NCBI GenBank assembly: GCA_024346625.1
Contig: AP024664.1
Coordinates: 3,038,001-3,102,000 of the forward strand
Source: Williopsis jadinii
Taxonomy: Eukaryota
Direction: 5' to 3'
DNA length: 64,000 bases
In this document: piece after piece, positions 35,274 to 45,044 of the stretch
Layout: each line of letters opens with the position of its first letter
How positions within the stretch are numbered: position 1 is the first letter of the stretch
Translations under genes and position numbers: made by a program
The notes under the pieces: generated by a model
Database searches by the model: none
Told to the model about the DNA's origin: nothing
Seen by the model: the letters and a program-made list of their open reading frames with translations, nothing else

Positions 35274-36580
35274 GGGGTGAGATATTTTTTATAATGGATA
35301 GTATAAATACTCAATGAAGGTGCTTTTATTTGGTATTCCTCATGCTATATAGTCTTCGACGCTGCTGGATCTCAGATAATGATTATATGGTGACCGGGTT
35401 ATAATGCCATGGGAGGAACGTTCATCTTTACATCAGAGTATTATCATTCGAGATCGAATGAAGATAGATATAATACAATAAATTGCATCAATGCCAACAT
35501 TGGTTGTCTACTTTCAGCCTCAAGTATGCATCTTCATGTCCTCACAATACGCCTCTTGGAAGAGTAATTCCCGATTCGGAACAATGGTTAGACAATTCTC
35601 AGCTGTGATTGCTATGTTCTAACTTGTTGAAAGAGGCCTGTGATTGTATTTTTGGGAAATATGCTGTATTAGTTGTTATGGTGATGAAATTAATGGATTT
35701 TACAATAAAATATGCTATAAATTTGACTATGGTGATGGAATAGATTACGTATTAAATTTTATAATATTTTTAGGAGTTATAATTCTTAGAGGACAGTTCA
35801 AAAATTGATTTGATATTTAGCAGAAAATCACCAAATCGATGTAAAATCCATAATTCTCGAGAGAATCAATACCGAACTTGTTAATAAAATGAACCATTAC
35901 AACCAAAGAGCAATCAACATAACGAAGTTTCCTTGATTCAGAGAAGTACTCGTGGTGTCAGGGTGTCAGTGTGAATATGCATGATGTCTGGATGAAGATG
36001 CAAGGGCGACCGCGTAGTGCATCACTGGACTTATAAGATAACGGCCAGTACACACAGGGTGCAAGTCCCGTAGCGTGTATTGCATGCTTTTGGTTATGGA
36101 CATAGAAGGTCACTGGTAGATGTGATTTAGAATTCAATTGCAAACACTCAGGGCTCATCACAGATCAATTATTTGGATTCAAGAAGCTCAGAAAGATGCA
36201 GAGTCATAGACATGTCAAACTAGTCATAGAGTCCGCGATAGACAGAGGGTTGAGTTTTCCATATATCTATAATTATATTGTAGGTGTTGAGTTTGGATAA
36301 CAACTTCAACGCGTGTAGCCTTTTCAAACCCCTTTAATGATTGTGGTGGTATATGTCAGCACCGTTGAAGGTTCAACCGGGAGAGAAGTCTCTGCCGTCC
36401 ACATTGAACATCACGCAATGTCGATTAGGAGTGAAAGAAGCAATTGCATTTCTTTCCCCTTGACTTAAGATCAAATAAGTATCTTGGACAAACAATTGAA
36501 ACTTGCTTCCAGCGTAAACATAGTGTAGTTGAAATGCTACCATATTACACCGCTAAATTCTTACATGCAAAAAAAATAAA

Positions 36581-36651
36581 TGCGCGAGCCCGGAGTCGAA
36601 CCGGGGGCTCCAAGATGGCAACTTGGAATTTTACCGCTAAACCACTCGCGC
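36581..36651 (-). tRNA. tRNA-Gly(GCC)
   Basis: GCGCGAGTGGTTTAGCGGTAAAATTCCAAGTT-GCC-ATCTTGGAGCCCCCGGTTCGACTCCGGGCTCGCGCA; cloverleaf, A/B boxes, downstream T-tract. Confidence 0.97.
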
Positions 36652-38781
36652 TTTTGTTGAAAACGGTAACTTCACGGTTTGCTATTTTGAGTAAGAGCTA
36701 AATGGAGCGCCTCTGACTGGAGTTGACACAGCTTGAGCCTGTTAACGATAGAATACCCAGCAGAATCAGCGGACATAGAACGCGAGAAAGTTGATTGAAT
36801 CCCTTATATCACTAAAGGTAGGCTCCAATGTGTGGAACCCACAACTGTGGAGACCGTGTTGGCCTATACTGTTAACCGCAATTACAAATATCAAACCAGG
36901 CTTTGCAAAGGTATTTAGCCGGGCGAGAGATTACAAGGCGCGTATATGTGGATGTACCGTGGCAACACCTCCACAACTACCGCATCTGGAGATAACCGTT
37001 CACTCTCCGTGATATTCAGACCCTCAAGCGGTGTATTTCCATCCGATTATACCTTTTGCATCTGATGGACGCAGCACTGCTGGCAGTACGGAGAGATCCA
37101 TCACTCTCAGCGTGCGAACAGATCCTTTAAAAGGCATTCAAAAGCTGTGAAATGCGTCCTTGGAGCAATATTGCTTTCACTGCCTGGGTTTGCGAGAGAT
37201 ATCGGTGCGGGTGACGGCGGGAGAAGGCAGATTCTCTACATTGAACATAGCCGACAAACAAGTGTCGCTGAACGGTTAATGGTGCATAATGACGACATAG
37301 TTCAGTCTCTACAGCCAAAGACATCAATGGTTAGATCTCCGAGTCATCAATTGTGTGACAAGTTTGCACATATAGCAATGAAATCTCACGTTTTGTAAGC
37401 CAATGGTTTGCTTGCATTGAACAGCCATGCGCACTTCTGCCAATACCATCCCGTAGGAGGGGGTTGATGTTATGTGCCCAAAGTGGTCTATCTCAACAAT
37501 GGACCGAATATGGCACTGTTGGCCCCCGTGCGTCACTGTACCTCTCCTCGTTGTAAAGTTCGCCACTGTAATACAGCTAACTCTGACCAGTTGTGTCTAA
37601 TTGGCAAGGTTGAGCCAAGTGGACAAAACCGTTAAGCAACGTTTGGGCCTTGGAATGCTTAGACAGCAAAACGGAAAAGACTGAATAGTGCTCACCAGGA
37701 GTACTTCCACTCAGATTCAAACACCGAGACCACTAAGGATCAGAGCTCAAGCCTACCACATGATCCAAGCTCGCCGGTTTCTTCTGTTGGAGTGGCACCG
37801 GGATAACTGTTGCGCTTATGACGCACCGCTGCGTCTGTTGGTATCAAAAACGCAGCAGAATCAACTGCGCCAGGAGTGTATAGGGCTTTGTCTATATTAC
37901 ACCATATGCATTCAAATTCGACGAATTGGTTGAAATCTGACGCTACATGACATTGGCCAGACGTGCCAATTCACACCAGTCTTTGCAAAGAGCGCACAGA
38001 TCATCTGGTTACGGGTGTGTAGACATATAGTCTTAAACAGCGGGCTGCGCTGTTCCACAACCACTCTGTCCATACTGGGCACTCACAGAGATCCACCTCT
38101 GACAGCTAAAGTATCACAGCATACGAGAACAAATTTCACATTGAACGCACCTCAAATCCCAACCCAGCTCCTCAAATTTCGCATAGCAAAACCAATTGCA
38201 CATCAATTCATACTCCCCTCTTAAAAACCCACCTCTAAACGGATGAGGCCGTCTCCTCTGAAGGCTTTTTTTTGTTGGAGAGATGCACAGAGTGCAGAAG
38301 AGAAAAATTCCGAACGAAAATTCGCCCCAATGCTGCTGCCTCTGCTGTTTTTCCCCTTCCTGCGCTATTAGCCTATTTTTTCCTGTCCTTTTGAAAATCA
38401 CCTCCACTACTGTGAGAGTGATTTTTCTTCTCTTAAACTGTAGCTGTGTGTTCAATTGAGCGTGTGGAAAGCAGCGTGAGGTCGAGAACGTCGAGGTGTT
38501 ACACCAAAAGTGAGTGGAACAATTGACTGAACAGGGAGCCACGACCGAGTTTCTAATCTCTGAAGTGGGAAGGTTTGAGCCCGAGGAATATTTCAACATC
38601 GGGACTGAGACCCAATTGTGGTGGCCACGATTGAAAAGCGTAGCTGGGAAGGAGAGGTGAAGCCAGGACTACGGAAGAGACCTGCTCGGACAGGGACGTA
38701 ATTGGCAACAGAGAGAACACACGAGGAGGAAGCAACCTCGAGCGCAGAGCAGACTCTCACATTGGATTGGTGGATCCGACA

Positions 38782-41043
38782 ATGTCTCTCAAGAAGTGGT
38801 TAGGTTCATCGGACGATAAGGGTGTATCGACACCGAGCCAGACCACCGCCATGACGACGAACACGACGACAGCGATACTGCCGGGAACGCTTCAGGCACC
38901 GAGCCAGGCCCAGCGAGAGGGACCAACGAATAATGAAACGACGGGCGGTTCAGCGACGGGACGTAGCGGTTCCACAGAGGTTTCGTCGTCGTTCTCAGGG
39001 GATGCTGATGATACTCCAAGGACACAGCCGAACTCGCTGACGAACAACTTGAAAGAGCTAAGCGTCCTGGACCCCGAGCTGCCGTTTGGTGATGGATCAC
39101 AGAAGATCTTTGGGCTCGAGAACTTTGGAAACACATGCTATTGCAACTCGATACTACAGTGCCTGTACTATACCCGTGAGTTCAGGTTGCAACTGTTGAG
39201 GAACCCACCGAGGGATGCTTCACAGCCCTTGGAGAGACGGAAGGTTATGGAAGGGTTGAAGCCTCACCATATTGCCCATGAACAGAGCTCACAACAGCCC
39301 CAACAACAGCCAGAGACGGAGAAGAAGGACTCAAAGAACAAGACGTCGTTGGCTAGAAGAACGTCGAGTTTCTTTGGCCGTCGGAAGAGCCCCATTGAGG
39401 ATGAGAATGGCGAAGCTAACGATAACAACAACAACAGCAGCAGCGCTGCGAATGGTAGTGCTACAGCACAAGGAACTACCACCGGAACAGGAACCAATTC
39501 CAACACTACGAACACCGTTATTACAATACCAAACATTAGACCCAAGAGCTACAAAGTGATCATCGGACAAGTTGACGACCCCAACGCCACGGTGGAACAA
39601 AGAAAGAGAGCCGCACTTGTCAAAGGACCCTTGATAAATTTAGACCATTCTCTGAACAAGAGTGAGTTCCCAGATTCTCTACTTACAGCGTTGAAAGACA
39701 TGTTTGAGTGTATCAACGAGAACGAGTCCACAGTCGGGGTTGCCCTTCCGTTATACTTTATAGAGACTCTGAAGAGAGAGAACGAACTGTTTAGAAGCGC
39801 AATGCATCAGGATGCCCATGAGTTTCTAAACTTCCTCTTGAATGAAGTTATCGAGTCTTTGAACAAGATGCTAAACGTCAAGAAGAATGCAATCCACGAT
39901 ATTTTCCAAGGCTTGTTGACCAATCAAACGAAATGTTTGACTTGTGAGAATATCACAAGCAGAGATGAGACTTTCCTGGACTTGTCTCTCGATCTGACAG
40001 ATTGTGATGATTTGGAGAGTTGTTTGAAACAGTTCTCCGAAATTGAAATGCTTACTGGAAGCAACAAATTCTACTGTGATAACTGTCATTCGTTACAAGA
40101 GGCCCAAAAGAAGATGGGGATCCAGAAATTGCCAAAGACTTTAGCACTCCATTTGAAGAGATTTGAGTACAGTGAGGAACATAAGCGTATGGTTAAGCTG
40201 TTCCACAAGATTACATACCCTGCCTATTTCAAATGGGAAAGTGATATTCCGCCGGTAAACCCAAAAGATGGCCTAAAGTTTTATGAGCTGTACGCTGTTG
40301 TTGTTCATATCGGTGGTGGCCCACATCATGGCCATTACGTTGCACTAGTGAAGACGCCAACTGAAGGCTGGCTGTTGTTCGATGATGAAATAGTTGAAAA
40401 GATTGACCAGGAGTTTGTCCTTAGATTTGTCGGGGGAAACCCAGATTTGGCAACTGCCTATGTGCTGTTCTACAGGGAAATCGACGAGGATAAGTTTGAA
40501 GTGTTGAAGAACCAACCAGTAGAGGTGGATAACTTGGAAAGTAAGGTGGCTGCCAATGTCACGGAGACTGATGGGTTCAATTCCAATTTCAGTCTGGATA
40601 TGAAGGTCGCCCCTGTCAAATCGGAGGAGATTGAATCCGTTTCACCACTGGAGCATTTAAACATCAACAACACCACTATCGACCAAGTCGCTGAACAAAC
40701 ACATGATGATTTGCCCGAGAAGGCAAATGAACACTCTAATAATCACCTTGATGCCCATTCAAATGACCATGCTAATGAACGAGTATCAATGAACTCGAGT
40801 CAACATTCCGCGATATCATCTGATAAGGTCAAGTCGAAAGTGTTGGGTAAAAAGTTGAAACCATCCCAGACAAGTTCACTACGTTCATCACCTCCTGCTC
40901 AGAGTGAAAGAAGCTCGTCATCATCCTCGAGTTTCTGGAGACGTGACTCCAAAGCTGACAAAGCTGAAAAGGATAAGGAAAAGAAAAAGAAAAGAATGAG
41001 CATGAGCTTTGGATTTGGTAAAAAGTCCTCTAATAGAGATTGA
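38782..41043 (+). CDS. UBP13: Ubiquitin-specific protease, Ubp9/Ubp13 family
   Basis: FGLENFGNTCYCNSILQCLY Cys box, HQDAHEFLNFL, HIGGGPHHGHY His box. Ortholog of the UBP9/UBP13 pair. Confidence 0.9.
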   Translation: MSLKKWLGSSDDKGVSTPSQTTAMTTNTTTAILPGTLQAPSQAQREGPTNNETTGGSATGRSGSTEVSSSFSGDADDTPRTQPNSLTNNLKELSVLDPELPFGDGSQKIFGLENFGNTCYCNSILQCLYYTREFRLQLLRNPPRDASQPLERRKVMEGLKPHHIAHEQSSQQPQQQPETEKKDSKNKTSLARRTSSFFGRRKSPIEDENGEANDNNNNSSSAANGSATAQGTTTGTGTNSNTTNTVITIPNIRPKSYKVIIGQVDDPNATVEQRKRAALVKGPLINLDHSLNKSEFPDSLLTALKDMFECINENESTVGVALPLYFIETLKRENELFRSAMHQDAHEFLNFLLNEVIESLNKMLNVKKNAIHDIFQGLLTNQTKCLTCENITSRDETFLDLSLDLTDCDDLESCLKQFSEIEMLTGSNKFYCDNCHSLQEAQKKMGIQKLPKTLALHLKRFEYSEEHKRMVKLFHKITYPAYFKWESDIPPVNPKDGLKFYELYAVVVHIGGGPHHGHYVALVKTPTEGWLLFDDEIVEKIDQEFVLRFVGGNPDLATAYVLFYREIDEDKFEVLKNQPVEVDNLESKVAANVTETDGFNSNFSLDMKVAPVKSEEIESVSPLEHLNINNTTIDQVAEQTHDDLPEKANEHSNNHLDAHSNDHANERVSMNSSQHSAISSDKVKSKVLGKKLKPSQTSSLRSSPPAQSERSSSSSSSFWRRDSKADKAEKDKEKKKKRMSMSFGFGKKSSNRD

Positions 41044-41102
41044 TCTCCTACACCAGTCAATAGAAATTGGACATGGAAACGTGACATTGCTTGAATCCAG
41101 AA

Positions 41103-41969
41103 CTACCATTTCCCGTCAACACATGTAATGGCATTCCCACCAACGTAAATGGAGTATCTGTTATCATTGTTTGACTGCTCTTTCACTGTAACCGAAATAT
41201 GGCCATCCCTACGTAGCTTTCTACCCTGTTTGATGACCAAGTCGCCTTGGAACCCGTACAACTCAGCAAGCAACGATGCATCTGCACCGGCACCACTGCC
41301 ACACACAGGGTCCTCGACACCAAGGGAGTTCTCAATAAAGAGGTTTCTGGCCTCATAGCTCCCGTCAGGGTACTGGCCAAACAAGCTGTAACCAATGAAC
41401 CCATTGTTCGAAAGCTTATCAATTTGGCCATAATTAGGAGTGACATTGAGAACGTCCTGTGCTGATGACAGCTCCAAAGTTAACCAATGAGGCCCGTCTT
41501 CAACAAGAACGATGGATTTGATCCCATCTCTCTGCATACCAAGAGACTCCGCAACTTCCTCGATCAATGGCTCGTCATCGATAGTGGTATGCTTGTAATA
41601 AGGCAGTTTGAACTTGATATTACCAGAAGATTCATCAACAAGTAGTTGGACCAAGCCTGCCCCGCATTGCTGTGTAACTTGACCGTTTCTCGGTCTCACC
41701 AGGCCAGCTTCCAGCACAGCATGGCAGCTTCCGATGGTTGGATGTCCTGCGAACGGCAGCTCACGGCCAGTAGTGAAGATTCTCAATTGGTAATCAGCTT
41801 CAGGAACAGTTGCGGGCAGAACGAACGTTGTCTCGGAAAGGTTTGTCCAATTGGCAATGGCTTGCATCTCCTCTGTGGAGAGTGTCTCGCCGTTGAAGAA
41901 GACAGCCACCGGGTTACCTTTGAACTTCTCAGAGGTGAATACGTCAACCTGTTTGAATAGTTTTGACAT
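41103..41969 (-). CDS. YHI9: PhzF-family isomerase/epimerase
   Basis: FKQVDVFT, GNPVAV, WTNLSETTF, ELPFAGHPTIG, EDPVCGSG. Confidence 0.9.
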   Translation of the reverse strand: MSKLFKQVDVFTSEKFKGNPVAVFFNGETLSTEEMQAIANWTNLSETTFVLPATVPEADYQLRIFTTGRELPFAGHPTIGSCHAVLEAGLVRPRNGQVTQQCGAGLVQLLVDESSGNIKFKLPYYKHTTIDDEPLIEEVAESLGMQRDGIKSIVLVEDGPHWLTLELSSAQDVLNVTPNYGQIDKLSNNGFIGYSLFGQYPDGSYEARNLFIENSLGVEDPVCGSGAGADASLLAELYGFQGDLVIKQGRKLRRDGHISVTVKEQSNNDNRYSIYVGGNAITCVDGKW

Positions 41970-42076
41970 TTTACTGGTGGTTTAATGACTCCACTGAATG
42001 TGTTTTCTCCTGATGCCAGAAGGCTTACGGTAGCCTCTTTATATAGGCCAACGAATACACATAGGTAGATGCAACT

Positions 42077-42288
42077 ATGAGTAATCTCCGTGAGCAATAG
42101 TGATGAGTAATACTGGCGATATGGTCAGTACCGATGCTCGGCGTATTATTTCGTGAGGAGCAGGCGGAGAGGGGCCCTCTTTGAACCCGACAACCGGCAC
42201 CTTTAGTACTTCATCAGCACTTCCAATCGAGGGTTATAAGGGTTCCACCTATAAACAAGCACTCTCGCTTGAAATCAACGATGAGTCA
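42077..42288. promoter_or_regulatory. Cluster of AP-1-type (Gcn4/Yap) sites upstream of YHI9
   Basis: ATGAGTAAT at 42077 and 42103; ATGAGTCA at 42281. Confidence 0.55.
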
Positions 42289-42515
42289 AGCATATACACA
42301 ATGTTAAGCCATGCAATGCGTATCAGGGAAGGCACAGCTCTACTAACTTTCACCAGCCACTACTAGCACACGATCTACAAGCCGCCAAAGGACTACTGTT
42401 TCTGTAGTTAGCATGTGGTGATAGCATAGGTTGTCGTTATATAAACAACAGGGAGGAATAATGGCGTATACTCAGATTTCTCGGAGTGTATTTGCTGACA
42501 TAATCACGGGCAATA

Positions 42516-42659
42516 TTACCCAATACGGTAATTACTGCTTAGGGTAACCGGTGTGCCATTTTCGCAGGAAAAAACGACAAAAAAAGGAAAACACAAAACG
42601 AAACGAAAAAAAACACCAAAACAAAAAAGTAAACAAACAATAAACAATCAGTAAACAAA
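42516..42659. promoter_or_regulatory. Mcm1 site plus forkhead (Fkh/Hcm1) sites upstream of DSN1
   Basis: TTACCCAATACGGTAA (42516-42531); GTAAACAAA at 42629 and 42651; ATAAACAA at 42640. Confidence 0.6.
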
Positions 42660-42889
42660 CACGATAAACTGATATCTTTTTTCCCTCACCTGGTGAAGAG
42701 CTGAGCGATCCGTCTGAAATTGTTGAATAGCTCGGGCTGACTGTTGTATTCTACGTGGGCAGGAGGTTGTAGTATTATTGTTTTGGGTCTTTGAGTTGTG
42801 TGTTTGTTGTTGTTTGTTGTTTGTTGTTATACTGTCATTGCATCTTGTCCAAGGACCTCTCTGTATAAACTCTTGAAGTGAGCTGAACT

Positions 42890-44110
42890 ATGCCTCCCAA
42901 GAAGAAACCAGCAGCAAAAGCTGAGGCAAAGAGGAATGAAGAGGATAAGAAGAGAACGAATCTTCGAGATCTCCTAAGTCGGAGCTCATCCATGGTCTCT
43001 AGACCATTGAAGAAGACAGACACCAGCGAGGTGGCATTGCAGAGGTCTGCGTCGCAGCCGAGCAACGCACCAGCTCTGCGACGTGGTAAGAAGATCAGGA
43101 AGTTGAATGCGGACGATATGGCCATCACACCAGACGCTAAACGTGTTCGTCAGACACCAGGAAGATCCACAAGAAAGCAGAACGCATTGGCGTATGAAGA
43201 GCACTCCACAACGACACAAGTTGCGCTTCCACTATCAGACACACCGATAATACGGAGAAACCAGGAGATGAGAAATGGCAAATCAGTCAGAAGATCCTCG
43301 ATGGAGAAAAGAGGCAAGAGAGTGTCATCAATAGGAAATGGGTTTACTGGACTGCCCCATGACCGAGTACCGACGTCTGATTTCTATAAGCATCTTGATT
43401 CTACATTGCCGGATCCACACAAGATGAGACAGTTGCTATCGTGGTGCTCACGAAGAGTATTGGATGAGGATAACAACAAACACATCCAGCAGAAGAACAT
43501 ACTTCCATCGAAGGAGTTAACAGCGTTGAATATCGCTAAAGTTATTAAAGAGGAGATGGTACGTGATTTGGTTGATGGTAAGTTCAACATCAGCTGGTGG
43601 AACAGGGATGAAGACGAAGGCAAGAGTGAGACACAAGTACTATTACCGAATGAACGCAATGTCAAAAATGCACAAGTCCTGGAGCAGTTGAAACAAAGGC
43701 TAAAAGTGTTACAAAATGCCAGTGCACAGTGGGGGTCAAACATGTCTAAACTTGTGGAGTTACCGACAATATCAATGGACCATGTTCCACATATAGAGCC
43801 TGATGAAAAATACCAAAGTGTCTTGGACAACTCTCTTATCAACGAACTATCTGCACTCGAGGAATCAAGTTTTAACGATATATCGACCGAGGTGGAGTTT
43901 GCCGTAGATAACTTCACCACATTTGTTCATCAGATCAAGTCGTTATCTTCCCTGAAACAGAAAATAATCTCAAAGAGATCGAACGAGCTGTCCAGCATCC
44001 TGGACAAGACTATTGATGACGACACATTGGATAAGATCAACAACAACGAAATTAATAAGGACCTTGATACTGATCAGTTGTTGAAGGGTATTGCCAAACT
44101 TGACCGTTGA
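42890..44110 (+). CDS. DSN1: Kinetochore MIND/Mis12 complex subunit Dsn1/Mis13
   Basis: SDTPIIRRNQEMR, RRSSMEKRGKRVSSI, PHDRVPTSDFYKHLDSTLPDPHKMRQLLSWC, LPNERN. Confidence 0.88.
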   Translation: MPPKKKPAAKAEAKRNEEDKKRTNLRDLLSRSSSMVSRPLKKTDTSEVALQRSASQPSNAPALRRGKKIRKLNADDMAITPDAKRVRQTPGRSTRKQNALAYEEHSTTTQVALPLSDTPIIRRNQEMRNGKSVRRSSMEKRGKRVSSIGNGFTGLPHDRVPTSDFYKHLDSTLPDPHKMRQLLSWCSRRVLDEDNNKHIQQKNILPSKELTALNIAKVIKEEMVRDLVDGKFNISWWNRDEDEGKSETQVLLPNERNVKNAQVLEQLKQRLKVLQNASAQWGSNMSKLVELPTISMDHVPHIEPDEKYQSVLDNSLINELSALEESSFNDISTEVEFAVDNFTTFVHQIKSLSSLKQKIISKRSNELSSILDKTIDDDTLDKINNNEINKDLDTDQLLKGIAKLDR

Positions 44111-44235
44111 TACTCCACCCAATTACATTCCAGGACCAAAAATTCAATTCTCATATATTAATGTTTTACTACACGTTCTTTTTCATTATCACCAAGGTCA
44201 TCGATTAGTACTGCATACTATTGTAGGCTGTGTGT

Positions 44236-44730
44236 CTATAGATACTTCTTCCCAAGCTGTTTCACCTTCAGGTCAAATACGGCACTTGTTATCGGGTCGT
44301 TCACGTTGTAGAATGGATTTAGAACCGTCTTAACGTACAGATCGTTAACGTCATTGAAGAATTGTCTGATGCTCTCATCGTTCTTTGTCTCATGTAGTAG
44401 TAGGAATTTGATATTCCCCGGTGTTACGAATGCTGATATGTAGTACCCGTAGAATTCATCCACAGCTTTCAAGTACAGAGAGTTCGAGCGCCACTGCACG
44501 TCTTCAACTATATCAATGGCAGCGTGTACTATAAATGGATTCAGCTCTTTCATCTCCGCAGAGAACTGGTCACGGGCTCGTTAGTACAGTTGGCCTTGCG
44601 CTGAATATACACATCCTGGAGGTTAGTCACTCACCTTTGGCACTCCATCGCCTCCTTGACGGTAAGTGCCCATCTCAGCCTCATAGATCGGATTATCAGT
44701 GGTCCCTATGAGAGCAAGGTAGTAAGACAT
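44236..44730 (-). CDS. TRS20: TRAPP subunit (sedlin); exons 44730-44635 and 44565-44236
   Basis: MSYYLALIGTTDNPIYEAE, LNPFIVHAAIDIVED, LYVKTVLNPFY. Divergent from MTC4 as in S. cerevisiae. Confidence 0.95.
44566..44634 (-). other. TRS20 intron (69 nt)
   Basis: GTGAGT...TACTAAC...CAG, phase 0. Confidence 0.92.
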
Positions 44731-44819
44731 TACAGGAATCAGCTGTCGTTAGAATAGTCCATGTCTCTGGAAACGATGTGTTGAAGTGGACTTGATCTGG
44801 AATAAACAGGAAACAACTA

Positions 44820-44867
44820 AAACACCCAGACACCTAAACACCCAGACACACAAAAACCTGAACACCA
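44820..44867. repeat. Degenerate 8-bp tandem array (ARACACCY), telomere/Rap1-like
   Basis: aaacaccc agacacct aaacaccc agacacac aaaaacct gaacacca; two exact ACACCCAGACAC copies. Confidence 0.75.
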
Positions 44868-45044
44868 GCAAACGTCGCAACATCCAAACATCCGCAGACC
44901 TTCGCAAGGCTGTGATAACGGATTACATATGTAACGTCTTTTGCCGTTTTCTCGTTTGATATCCATTGAATCCGGCCTCAACAACCAGGGCCGTTGGATC
45001 GTACCGTGTACGCTGGTTGCAAGGAGGAAAGGGTTTGGTCACAT

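Noticed and set aside
36652..36680. TGTTGA next to tRNA-Gly as an LTR end
   Set aside because: Reads as the ordinary CAACAA-type tRNA 5' flank; no matching LTR end or target-site duplication.
44616..44628. Second branch-like GACTAAC plus CAG in the TRS20 intron
   Set aside because: Only 6 nt from the donor, too close to be used; no upstream donor found.
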